From the NCBI GenBank assembly GCA_028534125.1, contig CM052816.1:41046001-41110000 (forward strand): DNA of 64,000 bases. Direction: 5' to 3'. The notes beneath the pieces were generated by a model that worked only from the letters and a program-made list of their open reading frames with translations, did not search any database and was not told the origin of the DNA. The stretch comes from Lama glama. Its lineage: Eukaryota. Positions 41,131 to 54,371 of the stretch are shown here, piece by piece. The stretch's first letter is position 1; every line of letters starts with the position of its first letter. The position numbers were made by a program, and so were the translations under genes.

Positions 41131-42862
41131 CCTGTGCATACTCAAATTGATACCGCTAACTCCATTCTGTAAAAGAAAACTTCCTCCTCAAAAGGTGATT
41201 TTCAAGAAACTTAGGGTAATTGCAAATATTACCTTACTACTTATAGCACTGTTGTTTAAAAAATGTTAATTCTAGTATTCTGATGACACTATAGTAAAAT
41301 TTATAAATAAGCATGGTAAATCCCTTAATGTTTATTCAAGTAAAATTATATTTAACAAGATAAAGTGCATACATTGTGTCATTTATCAGGAACATTAAAC
41401 TGGGGGAAAAACATACTTACCCACAGTCTTAAAGTTCTATTTCCCTATCCTCCTTATGTTATGTTTTCTTTATTCTCCTTTATAATTTTTGTTCACTCTT
41501 ATAAAGTGAATTGAGCACCTTAATACTTAATCTTGATGAATAAGAAATGGAGTATATTTGTGAGCCAATCTTTTTTCCAATGTTGTTAATCATTCCCATA
41601 ATTTAAAAATTATGAAAATAAAATTATTTTTAACAAATTATAAATACCTGTGCTTCTCTCATTGAGTTGCCCAGAGTTGAGCTCGAAGAAAGCGGTATAT
41701 TACTTTATACTCCTTTCTACATTGAGTCTCAGCTTTCAGTATCCCAATTCAAAAACAATTTTTATTCAAGAAAGCTGAGTAACTCTTTTACTCTTAAGAA
41801 GTAAAATGTAATAGTTGTCACAAGAAAAAAAGAGGAGTAAACCTGTTTTAATTTCCATTAGTTGAACTTTTTAAAAAGTTTTTCTTCTTAGATGACTCAG
41901 GCCATGGTGCCTGACAGAAAGCCTCAACGCCAGTGCAGGAAAATGAGGAGGAGACATGGAAGAAAGAGAGAATGTCAGGGAGGGAGGGGCGGGTATAGCT
42001 CAGTGGTAGAGCACATCTTAGCATGCACGAGGTCCTGGGTTCAATCCCCAGTATGTCCATTAAAATAAATAAATACCTAAGCCTAATTGTCTAATTTCCC
42101 CCTCCCATAAATAAACAAAAACTGCCAAAAAAAAAAAAAGAAACAAGCAAAACAAAACCAAAACAATCACAAAAAAAGAGAGACTGTGGTTCACATCTGA
42201 TTGAGCAAACGACAAATTTTCTAAGAAATTCCACTTCAGTAGAGGGACTATTTTCACATTATTTGTGCAGTTTTCTCCACAAGAAATATGACTTAAATAT
42301 GCTGAGCAAGGTGATCTTATGGACAACACCACCTGCTATCATATCAAAAACATGCCCTCCTTGCCTGAGTCCTTTGGCATCGTTTAAAACATATGGATTT
42401 GTTACATTATATAAAGGTTTTCTTTGCTTTTACACACATCTTCCTGCAGTCTTTTTCTGACATAAACACACAGCCATAATTTAGCAGACATTCTGGAAGG
42501 ACATCTTTATTCTTTTAATTCTATCTAACATCAAAAAATACTAATGAAATATAAACTAAACACTTTAAAAGCAGCTCCTTCACAAAATGTAAAAAATCTT
42601 TACTAATAAGTCATAACTTCTACTGTGTAACTTACATGTGTTAATCTTTTTAAACTTTTTAAAAAGGTGCGCCTTCCCAATCTTGGCTTTCTGTAGAATG
42701 CCTAGTTTCTTAAGCAACTTTTTAGCTGACTACTCAACAGTTTCAAATGGTTTTGTTATTTATATTATGCCTTGTCCTTGATCAACCTTTTTGCTTCCAT
42801 TCTGTGAAACTATGTTCCAACAAAGTTTCTTTTTAGTGTCAGAGGTTTTGGGATAACTCTAG
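41131..42862 (-). pseudogene. Dense cluster of small exon remnants (about 42673-42862, about 42366-42456, 41843-41910, 41648-41716, 41421-41518, about 41235-41288, 41131-41166)
   Basis: AG acceptors and CAG|GTATTT, GG|GTAAGT donors; K/E-rich frames with several stops. Confidence 0.5.
41976..42174 (+). mobile_element. tRNA-derived SINE, camelid Vic-1-like
   Basis: GGGTATAGCTCAGTGGTAGAGCAC...GGTCCTGGGTTCAATCCCCAG, A-rich tail; TSD aaagagagaatgt / aaagagagactgt. Confidence 0.9.
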
Positions 42863-43969
42863 CTGAAAGAAATGAGCAAAGACAGGAAGATAAAAGACAT
42901 TTTGTGGCAACGGCTTATAGTCATATTCCTTTACAGTATATTCCAAAGAAACGTCAGAAGGGCTCTTGTTTAGGCAGCAGGAAGCAACAAAGCCCCATCA
43001 ATAGCAAATTTACGGTGGGATACCTACTGCCTCTGGGCTACGCTTAAATGAAAGATTCATCTTCAACAATCATCGTTAACTGACTTGACAAGGTTGTTAA
43101 TTCAGTCACCCACTTATTCACTCATTCATTCAGTAAAGAAATATTTATGGAAGGCATGTTGTGTGTCAGGATTCTCCCAAGATTACTGTCTCATTGGGGA
43201 AGAAGACCAAGTACAACAATATGCCTGGTAAACAAACGAAAAATAAAGGAGATGCAAAAGTGGAACAGGGAATAGGGAAATTCACTCTGCAGACCGCAAA
43301 GCATCTAACAGCAAGCCGTTATTATCTGCACCTAAAACAGCTTGGGTGAAACTGTAGGAAACGACACTGAAAAAAGGAAGTAAAGGTCACATCAAGAAGG
43401 TCTTTGCAAGACAAAGGAATAAAAACTGTTTTTGAGATATGAGGATATGAGGACATATTAAAGGAATTCAAAAGGGGGTTGATGGTTACCACCGCTGCAT
43501 TTTAGAAAGGTAAAACACTCTAGGGTACAATGGACAGAACAGAGCGAGAGAAAGATGTAAGGCAGGGAGACCATTTAAAGAATCGTTACAGTTAACAAGA
43601 GAGTAATGACGAAGGTATAAATTAAGGCAGTGCACCAACAGCCTTGTATATGATCACCAACCCCCACTCATATAGAATTTAGGCACTGATTTACTATCAT
43701 CCTCTCCATCACCGCTCAATTTGGGAAACTCAGCATCAGGAAAATGATTCATACAATACCCTGAGCTTCTGGACTTTTGAATGCTTCATCTCCAAAATTT
43801 TGTATCCTCAGCTATGCAAGTCCAAGGCCTGCACTTAACTTATGACTGGGCTGCCTCTGATTTCCTAATTCCTCACTCTTTGAATATCATAACTGGGCTC
43901 CCTGACTTTCTCCTTTAGTAGTATTCCTACAGCCAATGCTTTGATTCCTCAAAGCCATGAATAAATTTT

Positions 43970-44062
43970 TATATATATATATATATACATATATATATGT
44001 ATATATATTTACATACATTTGTATATATAAACACACACATATTATATACACACACATACATG
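43970..44062. repeat. (TA)n/(CA)n microsatellite
   Basis: Direct reading. Confidence 0.9.
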
Positions 44063-45316
44063 TACGCTATTAAAATCATTCTCTCTAAAATATCCTCCAC
44101 TCTTTCATACACAAACTGCAAACCTGCATGAGATCAATTTTCTTACTCTTCTAAGACTGATTCTGAGCAGTTGAATGTTGCTGAATAAAACATGCATGTA
44201 CTGGTTATTTACCATTTAAATGCATCTGTCAATTTAGCAAATATTTACTGAGTGCCTACTATATGCCAGACACTGCTCTAGTCTTGGGAGATAAAGTGAA
44301 CAAGACAAAAGCTAAGTCCTGCTAGCTTTTTCCTTCTAGTGAGTAAAATCCATAAAAAGAAGAGGCAGAGAAAGGGTAAACAAATACAGAAAACTATTTC
44401 AGTTAGCAACAAGCATATTAAAAATTCAAACTGAGGTACATGGATAGAGATCAGGATAGAAAGGCAGTTGGACTGGCGGTGGTGGGGTCTTTCTGAAGAA
44501 ACGACATCAGGCCTAACAACTGAATGATGTAAGGAGCAAACCCAGTGTGGATGTAAGAGCCAGCCCAGGAATGGCTCCTGCTTCACTTCCAGCTGAAAGT
44601 TACAGCCTTCAAGGCCTTACAACGGCCATCAAGGCCCTAAAGTAAAGAAGGCCCTTGTCACCCCTTTCATCATGATCTTCTTTTGCTCTCTTGGCACACT
44701 CTGTCCCAGCCACAAAGGCTACTGGGTGACCCAGGGCAGGCACGCTGCCAGGTTGGAGGCTGTCCACTGGCTCTGAAGTGGCCCTTCCCTCAACCCAGAA
44801 CACTCCTTCCCAGACATCTGCATGGCTAACTCCCTCAACAAGGCCTACTTAGAACCTTGCCTAGTGCATATTTGTGTTAACTATTGATTTTTTTAAATAA
44901 CTTAACTTTAATTTTGGTTTCCATCCAACTAGTTTAGTGGGGAAGTTTAACTTTGGCCTTTGAAGGAGTCCTCAGTCCTGATGCCATGGTACTGGCCACA
45001 GGCATAGTGGGTCCCTTTGCCCACATACTTCTTAATTAATAACTAAGGTAGGCAAACACTTTACTAAGAAATCAAACACATCTGTGGTGTGCTTCTAGTT
45101 TGCAGATCATAATTTTGAGGTTTCTGATCTAAGGGCTTAGCCTTTGGAAAACCATGATCGGGCACATAGTTTCTGCTTTGTACCATATCACACTGCTCTC
45201 TTAAGGAAGGGAACGTAGTGTCTATACTGGTGGAAGGGGAGTGATGAAAAAGGAGAAAATACAGGAAAAAAAATTAAAAAAAAGAAATGGTTTAATATCT
45301 CAAAATATTACTTTAC

Positions 45317-48300
45317 CACTGTAGATTTTATAAACTGTTTCAAAGACCAAAGGATTTCTCTAAAAGTCCTTTGAAACTTTAATGTATCAGCAAAAGACTG
45401 GTAAAAGGACTCTGCATTTCATCAGGAAAATTTCAACTATCTGCTACATATAATCTTTCACTAATAATAGTGCAGTAAGAGCAGTGCTTCTCAAACTTTC
45501 ATGTACAATGAATCACCTGGGGATCTTGTTAAAAAGCAGAATGTAAGCAGTTCAGGTGCGATGCGTATGGTTTCACATTTCTAAAACACTCTCAGGAGAT
45601 GGTGACGTTACTGGTCCAAGGACCATAATTTAAGTTTCGTTTAGACTATGTCTTTCTTAACAGAATCCAAACAATTGTTCTACATAAGGTGTTCTGATAG
45701 ATCAGTTAAAAACTTATTTCAAAGAGTAATTTAAAAAATTAAGAATTTGGATCATTTGCACTTGCTTTACTCGGGGAATCAGTAGCAGCTACAATTTTAC
45801 ATAGTGGTTCTTTATATGTCACACTAGATTATTCAATTCTAAATTCTTAATAACACGTAGAACTGGAATTTTTATTGTATACATTTAAGAGAATCTTTGG
45901 TTGTATATGTTTATGAGAAAGTGTTTAAATTTTGTATTATATAAAAACAGGTTAGTGAGAGAAAATACTTCCTCTCTCACTCACACAGAGACACACACAT
46001 GGAAGAGAGAAGAGAAGTTGTCTTTAAGAACCTCAAGATTATCTGGAGTATTTTAATTTTATAAATTCAAATGTTAGTGAAATAGGGTGTGAAAATTGCA
46101 ATGAAACGGAAACATGCCTTTTAAATTTAGTTTTCTAAAAAACATTTGTTTCAATACGTTGACAGTTATTAAAGAAATATTGAGAAAATTCACTTCCAAC
46201 AAGAAATTTCATGAAAATATGTGATGGTATGATATAAACTCATGAAGTGCAGAGACTTCAGAGCACACATACCTGGTTTTAAAGAAAAGTGTTTCTTTTT
46301 TTTTTATCATAAGTACGTTTTATTTAATCAATTCCATGAAAGAGACCATATTGGACCTCTTACTTTCTCCCCTTTTTATAACTCCTGAAGATAGAGAATT
46401 AGTCCCAGAAAGACCCACCTCCACTCCACAAGGAAAATATTTTAAAATTAAATGTAGCTTGAACAAATATTTACCATTGAAACACTGCATATCATTAAAA
46501 AGCTATTGGAACAAAGTAGGAAATACAATTTTTTTCCAAGGTCCCAAACCAAAGTACTCTCTTCTCAGAAACTCCACTGGCAGTTCTGTTACTAATCTGA
46601 AATGTCAGATAAAGAAGCTAGAGAAAGTCCATCAAGTACAAAGGGAACACAAGATGAAGGTATAAAATCCTCAGAGCCCAGAAATTCACAGTGATAACAA
46701 TATGATTTAACATATTCCTATGTCTTGTTTATTGAATTACAGCCTTAGTAAAATTTTAAGTAGGAGGCACCCCCTTGACATTTGAAAGAGACAAACATAG
46801 GAAAGTCCTTACCACTTTACGCAGCAATTAATAGATTTACTGGACTTACCACCTCAGGGTGGGATACAAGATAACTTTTTTTAAATTAAAAATAAAGTTT
46901 ATATAAATTCCTTTGTGAAAACTCCATAGTAACTTAATAAAAGAAATTTATTCTGTAAAGTTTATGATCAGAGATAGAAACCATGACTTCTGCCAACAAA
47001 TTTTTTATTGCCATAGGCAAAGACAGAATGTATTCACCAAATACTAGCTTACTGAAACACCACACCCACCCTGGGGGACAAGCAGTACACATTTTTATTT
47101 ACATAAAACAAGATAAAACAATTGCAGCAGTTTGTATGACCTTTGTGCACTTCTTCACAGGCAGAAGGAATAAACATCTCCATACCAGCTAAGAAGTGGC
47201 CCAGGTCATAAATTTGAGAGACACTGATTTCTTTGCTGTTTACTTAAATCTTGTTAAATAATGAAAACAACACTCAATTTCCATTTTTAAAGTTATTCCT
47301 GTCCAACAGAGGTTCCTTGCAGCCATGTGGAGAGTGCTGAGCATTCTCCAAGCTCAATTCAATTTTAGGTATCAGGGGCACTTGACATTTTGTTATTTAC
47401 AAGGAGTGACCAGGGTACCCCAACCCCCTGTTCACCTGATTCATTCCTTATCAATGGTCTAGACTCAGGAACGTCTTTCCAAGGTTTTCTGTATTCCTCA
47501 TTTATACTACAGCTGACATTTTTGTCTCCCTGTGGCCACACCAGCATTTCATATGCATCCCATAGCACCTGTATCATTCATTGTATTACAATAGGTAGTT
47601 TACACATCTGTCTCCCCTGTTACCCACCAAGCTTCACTAGGGCAGTGACCAGCACCAGCCCAAATTTCTCTCTCTCTTACCCGCTGTATGACCTGACAAC
47701 AACATAGACTCTCCCAAGATGGTTGATCAGTTGGATGAATGAAGAGTAAATTTCCCCTTCAATATATGGACTTATTAATAAACACCTAAAATACGGCAGG
47801 ATCTAAGTTTCAAACATCACCAGAATTATACCATACTACATTGCCAAGATGAAAGAACAATTATGATTCCACGAAAGTCATTTGGAAACTGAGGCTCAGA
47901 AAGGTTAATTAATACATCCAAAGTCATATAATTAGCAATTGATGAAGCTAAACTATGAATCTGTGGAGCTGCATGCCTAGGATAATGAAGGGTGGAAACC
48001 TTGAAACAGAACATTTGCAGAGAGAAAAGCTTGGCACACTTCAGACAAATCTAAACTGTGAGAAACCAAAAAATTACTACCCGCAAGAATGCACCATCCC
48101 TATCCTTTGTATTTTAACCCTGAGCTCACCTTGAAATGCTGCTTTTATGTTAGAAATACCTTGGCCATCCTTAATTCATAACACACAATGAGCCAGAGGG
48201 GCCCAGAGAGAGAAGAGAAGCCAAGGAAAAGCAGAAGATGGAGGAAAAATACAGTATGACTTCACTCTGTTTCATGCTTCCTTGTTGTACTTTTATGTTA

Positions 48301-48554
48301 GAAACTCATTTATTCGTAACCTGGTGAACCGTAAGTAGCAGTTGGTAAATACATTCCATTTAATAAAAATAGATTAAATAAAAATTACTACCAGAACAAG
48401 TATCATACATAAACCATATATTACTATTTCACCACACACCACGCCAACAAAGAAAATGGAACAAAAGGAGAAAATACACCATGAACTTGCTATTTTCGTC
48501 ATTTGTTTTCATGGATTATAGCCTATTAGAAGTTCTGAGTAACTACCAATAATC
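45317..48554 (-). pseudogene. Exon remnants 48491-48554, about 47299-47380, 46813-46852, 46364-46384, 45771-45823, 45317-45440
   Basis: For example PLIPKIELSLENAQHSPHGCKEPLLD and the phase-compatible GKSSKSINCCVK-W-SYKKGR-N-VTYKEPLCKIVAATDSP. Confidence 0.55.
45480..45635. mobile_element. MER5A-like hAT MITE
   Basis: cagtgcttctcaaactt...gaatcacctggggatcttgttaaaa. Confidence 0.8.
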
Positions 48555-48980
48555 CTATTCACACACACTGGGTTTTCAGTCAGTGAAAAGCGGTAGAACA
48601 GAATTAAGCTTAGCATGAATTTATGGAAGACTAGTGTACGAACAGAGCATAGAAAGCACTGACATATAGCCCCCAGCTTCACACTATTAACAAAGGGAGT
48701 TATTGATCATCCAGAACAAAGGAGACACCAGCCAGTCAGTAGCTCTTTAAGTAACTTTTCCAGAAGTGGTGATGGGTTTTATTTACTAAGCCTTTCAAAC
48801 TCATTCATGTGGTGCTTTATTAAAAATATAAGCAAGAATGCTGAGTCCATGTGTTTTCCCCAGGTACTACTACCATTGATTCTTCCTCTCTCTCTCGCTA
48901 TGGCCTCCTGGAATTATCTGACGCTAAAATTTACAGAATGAAAAAAAAAAAGTTGCAAATGAAGTAAAAAATGTTGTTCC

Positions 48981-49378
48981 CCTTCTCCTTAGCCATGATA
49001 AATAAACCCGATCAAGCTTCTTATGGTCAACAGCATGCATTAAGCATCTATATGTATCACGGACCCTGGCAGGACTCAGAAGAGGCAAAAGGTTTGGTGT
49101 CTGCCTCTGAGAAACCGATGACCACACCAAAGCTGAGTGACTGGCCGTGAACCCCGTGAGTGGGCAAGATCAAGCAGAAAGAGCTCAGTGGCCAGCATGT
49201 GTACACAGTCTGGGTGTGCCTCCTTGAAGCCACTCACTCACCTCACTGTTGTGCCTCTGCTTTGTGTTTGCAAAAGTGCTGTCAGTGATGGGCAAGCACA
49301 TTTTCTCTCAGCACAGAGCTTTTCTATGAACTTGGTTAGAGTCTTATTGGTCACGTTCCACATAATTGGGAAGGAATG
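48981..49378 (-). pseudogene. Two exon remnants (49242-49378, about 48981-49065): HSFPIMW...RGTTVR-VRDTYRCLMHAVDHKKLDRVYLSWLRR
   Basis: AG|GTGAGT donor, cctgccag| acceptor, phase-2 junction, both open. Confidence 0.7.
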
Positions 49379-49781
49379 CTTAGAATTGATCAGATAATCA
49401 GAAAAATGTTTTCCTTCCAAAGACAAGTATGGGAAAGCAGAACAGCCATCAAATTCCTTATGTTTTCTGGAAGTTCCATCATTCGAAAGAGAATTTTATA
49501 CAGAAAATTAAAAAGCACAATAACCTGACATCTTTAATTCAATATTTGCTAACAATTTAATGGCCATGGGCATTGGTAAGGGCCCCCATTCAGGCTTTAT
49601 CACTTTCATAAAAAAATCTGAGTACATTTACGATTCTGTAGGAGTACTTTATTCTGAATTACTGAAAGTAAACTACCCTTGTCAAAATAAACACAGCAAG
49701 TACATCTCAGGATTCTACATTCCTGATTTTGTAACGTTGCCTTTTAATGCTCACTGCTACTCATTTGCACAGTTTAGTCAC

Positions 49782-50804
49782 CTCTTGGGAATTCTCGAGT
49801 CATTAGTGTGAATTAGCATAGTATAAAGCAGGTAATGACGGGTACTTGGAGGAATTTGAAAAGAACTGCACTCTTAGGCACAGATCAACGGGAGGTCATG
49901 TAGTGCCTTCTCCGTCTACAGCCCCTTCAACACAAGCAGATGGACCACAAGTGTGCTTTTCCTAAGTGGTCATTTTTGGTGGCAAAACTGCTAACACAGC
50001 AATATTCTAAGTCCATTTCTCCAACACAAACCCACAGGCAAATGCAGTACGCTATAGAGGAACAAACCCTGAAGAGACATCAGACAGGATTCTTGTCCTG
50101 CCCTGGCATGGTCTGCACAACTTCGTGCATCACGCGGTTCCTTCACCCGCCCTGGAAGGGCACCTCCCACGTTGCGCTTACTTGTGAGTCAAGAGTATCT
50201 GGTGATGCTTAAGGAGCTGAAAAACGCTTTGGAGTTCATACCGCTCTTTCCTCTACACATCATTTTATTTTTGCATCTCCACAGGATGGACTCTAACAGG
50301 CAGGGAAACTGCTGCACATCCAAGAAGCAAAGTATATTATTCAGGACCATGTTGCTACAAAGGGCCACAATTAATCATGGAACCTACAAATTCTAAGTCC
50401 TCCTGGGTTTATCGTTAGATAAGGAAGCTTCCTCAGCCCGTGATCCCCTAGGGGCTTCGTATACCAAAAGTACTAGGTCAGAGTGGAGCAAGGCACCTGA
50501 AGAATTTACCGATGCACACTCCCTTCTCAAGTAATATGGCCCCCTCCCAACCCCATAAATCAAATAAACCAGCTGTCCGATCTTTGAGGATAATATTATT
50601 TTTTAGGAGTAACAACTTCTAGAATCACCCTGAGCTAGAGGTTCTCATGCTCTTTCTAACTCTTGGAAAGCAGCATTGATGAAGATCACTTTGGAGAGGA
50701 CATTGTGTCCAAATTTAACCCATAGTAACTATAAAAATACTGGGTTCTCAATGCGATCCTTCCTTACTTGAGCTTAAATTACAGCATTTGGGGTCATGCA
50801 ACAA
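49782..50804 (-). pseudogene. Four phase-compatible exon remnants (50768-50804, 50388-50472, 50182-50216, about 49782-49915)
   Basis: CCMTPNAVI*AQ-YFWYTKPLGDHGLRKLPYLTINPGGLRI-SP*ASPDTLDSQ-TEKALHDLPLICA*...; donors GTAAGG, GTAGGT, GTAAGC. Confidence 0.7.
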
Positions 50805-51401
50805 CTGAGAAAATGACAAAGCTGCACTTAAGTGCCATGGAGTACCTGACAAACTATTACCATGTGTCTATTATAAGAGAGGAGACACAAAATGGATAGT
50901 TTTAAATTAAACGTAACTACAAGCAGTAAAGACAAAAATGGTGACTGTCATATTTCTGTTATTATTCTTATCCCTGAGAAAATATGTACACTGTTCCTTC
51001 CTTTGGGATTCTTTGCTACATTCTCAATCTTTCCTCTCGCCACCTTTTTTGCCTGAAGAACTCCTGTGCTTACACACCTTAGGTCTCAGCCATCAGTCTG
51101 CAGGTGCGGCTTTTCTAGATAATCTAAACAAATTCTGTCAACTCCTCTTCCAGAGTAACCCCATTTAGTCATATTTTTTTTCCAGCGTTTTCTACTTTGG
51201 ATTAGAATTTACTACTTTACATGTGTGTCCTGCTCTTGATTCTGAATCCCTGATGTCAAGGATCATATTTAAATCCTCGTTGTTGTCAATGGGTGGGACA
51301 GACCTAGCACCTAAAATGGATTCAGTCAGGGTCTGGGATGAGTGCATAAATGAGGTGAGAAGACAGAGAGGATAATCTGATGGATGACTCAAAGTCAGTA
51401 C

Positions 51402-52194
51402 ATCCATAGAATGAAATTAAGTGCAGTTTTTCCTTATAGTCTATATATAACTTGCTGCCTTGGCAGGTGTCAAAACAGAATTCAAAAGAGGCCAATAGAC
51501 AAAAGCATTTGTATCTATCTGTAGCAGTAGAAAGAGAATACAGATAAGTTAAAGATTATCATAGTCCATCAAAAGGTATTACTTTTGCATTTCAAAATGT
51601 CTCTTAGCTCTTCTTGATGTAAGTCAAATGAGTTCATTAATTCACACTGATGAACAAAAATCCTTAGGTGAATCACTGACCTCCTTTTGAAAAGACGCTA
51701 AATTGATATTAGGATGGGTCAAAATTAGGCCTGAAAATTTCAGAAGTGACTGCTTAATTGAGAGGATTTAATTTATCTTCCCATAATAATTTACAGCAAA
51801 AGCATTTATTTAATTGGAAATCTTCATGAAATAAAAAAAAGACATTCTGAAATCCTATTCCACAGTTTTTCACAAATCACTTATCTTTAAAGAAAAATGA
51901 AGTTACTGATATATTTTGCAATTAATTTTAAGTTAACTGACATATAATTTAAATCTTTGACAAGAAAAATTGGATAACTTCGATGTTTTACTTCTAAAAT
52001 TAAATGATGCCAGATTTATGTGATAGTTAAAATGCTCATTGTAAATGCACCAACTCCTTACCACGAATAATTAGTAACACAGAAATTCACAAGATGAAAT
52101 TCCCCCCCAAAATTCTTATATTTTGAAGTTGTTATCCTACGTAGATATGGAAAAAATCTCCGTAAGTATCTCATCAGTTCAGAAGATCAATGAG
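51402..52194 (-). pseudogene. Four phase-compatible exon remnants (52141-52194, 51942-51993, 51583-51683, 51402-51458)
   Basis: Joined reading H*SSELMRYLRRFFPYL-Q-VKHRSYPIFLVKDLNY-M-RSVIHLRIFVHQCELMNSFDLHQEELRDILKCK-S-SKLYIDYKEKLHLISFYG; AG/GT boundaries. Confidence 0.75.
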
Positions 52195-52469
52195 CTTTAG
52201 TAAAGAGACACAGAAGAGAATGAAGTCATAAAAGACTCTGTAAAATAAGAAACACAAACTGGTCTCAGATGTTCACCCTTTATTTAAAGGGGGAAAAGGC
52301 ACAGAAACAGGAGGATGAAATCGACGTACTGAATACCAAGCCAAGGAATCCTGCAGACAGGGAAATGTGACGATGGTAGAAATAACTAATCACCCTGTTC
52401 CCCACCGTCAATCACGAGGTTTGAAGTAAAGGCAGCTCCCTTACAAGAAAAGACAGAGTCTTCACGCCC

Positions 52470-52810
52470 TGTAAAAGCTTTAGGGGGCAGAAGAGAGGAG
52501 CGAAGCATCTTTATCTTCAGAATGCAGTGAAAAGAGACACTTCTTACCCCCCAAATTCAGGACCTAGGGCAGGACCCTGAGAGTAAAAGGTGGTTTGTAT
52601 TTCAGCAGGTAAGGGAGTGGTTCTCACAAGATGCCAGGGAAGCCAGTGTGACTCTCTCATCCACACATCTGGCTGAAAATACCTATCTTTCCTTCCGCCT
52701 TTCTAACCAAACTGAAACGCTTCTTGTTGGCACCAGACAACCTGCAAGGGAGAGGAATTCTGAAAAATGAAGCCTTTGGCTTTTCTGTATTGCAGAGAGG
52801 ACCTTAGAAG
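52470..52810. mobile_element. MLT1-like LTR fragment
   Basis: cttcttgttggcaccagacaacctgcaagggagaggaattctg. Confidence 0.45.
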
Positions 52811-52902
52811 GAGGTGGTGGCTGTGCAATTATCTAGCACAGATGGAAATAAGGATTAAGTAAGATTATCCATGGTAAGAGCACAGTGAGTATTGGCACCA
52901 CT

Positions 52903-52938
52903 ATCATCATCATCATCATCATCACTGTCATCATCATC
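52903..52938 (+). repeat. (ATC)n microsatellite
   Basis: Direct reading. Confidence 0.9.
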
Positions 52939-53689
52939 TTTACAGGGTAGAGACAACTGGTGGGCACCCTGACTAAACAAGAGACACTATATCTCATTAT
53001 TTGGTTCCAGGCAGAGGGACTCTACAAAAAAAAGCAGAGTTTGGTGGTCCCTCAGGATAGGAAAATGACCTGACGTTTTTTCTCCATACTTTTTATTATT
53101 TCCCAAAATGTTTATCAGTGGACAAGCCAGAATTAAACAACATTATTTTAGAAAGAAAAAGGGAAGAGGAAAGGGAAGAAAGGAAGACAAATGGGAGGGA
53201 GGGAAGAGTGAAAAAAACTTGAATATCAGCAGTTATGCTGCTGGGACTTAGTTCAAGCCAGAAGCTTTTGCTCCTTGTTCCAGGCTACCCCTAACTGATG
53301 TGCTCTACTTCCAGCCTAGTGACGGGAAAAACACCTATTGTGTCTGTGATTAGCAGGGGGCATGGCACTAGGCATGAGCAGGGCAGTTTCCATCAGCAGT
53401 AGCTTAGAGAACAGAATCAAGCACAAGGAAGTGAATAAGCTAAATGGTGAGAATCATCACGGACACTTCAGCAAATTCACGCAGCATGTGCCTCAAGAGC
53501 AACAAATTACAATACTGATATACTCATAACAGTGTTAACATCAACAAGACCAAAAACGTACTGAACCTCTCTCGTACGCACGAGTGTGTGGTGAAGTTAA
53601 GACAATGACCCACCGGCAGAGGCAGGAGACACAGCCAACAGACAGGTAACGGCACCAGTCAGCTCCCGCCAAGTGCCTGCTGCCCGCCA

Positions 53690-53784
53690 CAGTCAGTCAA
53701 GACAAGGATGTAGCGTCTGAAATCGAGACTCAAGAGTGGTTACTCTATCAAAGTCAAAGCAAGAAAGTAAGTTCAACCTTCTCT
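53690..53784 (-). pseudogene. Exon remnant RRLNLLSCFDFDRVTTLESRFQTLHPCLD
   Basis: Long pyrimidine tract then ttcaaag|; open about 30 codons; donor unclear. Confidence 0.5.
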
Positions 53785-53979
53785 CTTTGAAAGCAAGCAA
53801 AAAACAAGGGGAAACAAAGTGAAAGCAGTTGGAAATGTTCCCAGAGTTCCATGAGCCATAAAGCTGTCCGCACACTCGCTCAGCAAGGTCAGCCACTGGG
53901 AGGGGGCAGTCAATCAGTATGGTTGACACAGGAAGACGCCCTCAAGGAAGGTGAAGAGGACAAATAAAGGCCTCCACAC

Positions 53980-54085
53980 TGCCATGGATCAGCTCCATGA
54001 ATCTGGGAACAGGATGGTAAAAGCTGTGTTTATGGTATGAATTAATACAAATGACCAAGGAAGGCAGATGTGTGCTACATGTCCG
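53980..54085 (-). pseudogene. Exon remnant after the last WD repeat (...HTSAFLGHLY / LIHTINTAFTILFPDSW), frameshifted
   Basis: cacaaag| acceptor, |GTGTGG donor; mixed frames. Confidence 0.45.
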
Positions 54086-54203
54086 CTTTGTGTCATAAAG
54101 GATCTTGTGACCATGCATAAAATAGTGGCAGACTTTCCAGAAAGGTCATTTTGTTGACTCTTACTGCAGACTTTTCCCAAAGACTTATCTGTCCAAAACA
54201 TAC

Positions 54204-54248
54204 CCGTAGGTGTCCACGTAGGTCCACAGCAGGCCAACAGAGTCAGCA
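54204..54248 (-). pseudogene. Exon remnant, WD core ADSVGLLW[frameshift]DLRGHL
   Basis: taatacag| acceptor, GG|GTATGT donor; restoring one G gives the WD dipeptide. Confidence 0.7.
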
Positions 54249-54371
54249 CTGTATTAAGACATTTTATTCACTTCTGTTCTCAGGCCCTTTGACACATGAA
54301 AGTGTTTTTTCCCTGACCCATCTGACACTTTCTCACAGTAGAATAAACTGACACTAAATGGGATGGCACTG

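Noticed and set aside
41990..42055. tRNA-like sequence
   Set aside because: SINE head with A-rich tail and TSD, not a tRNA gene.
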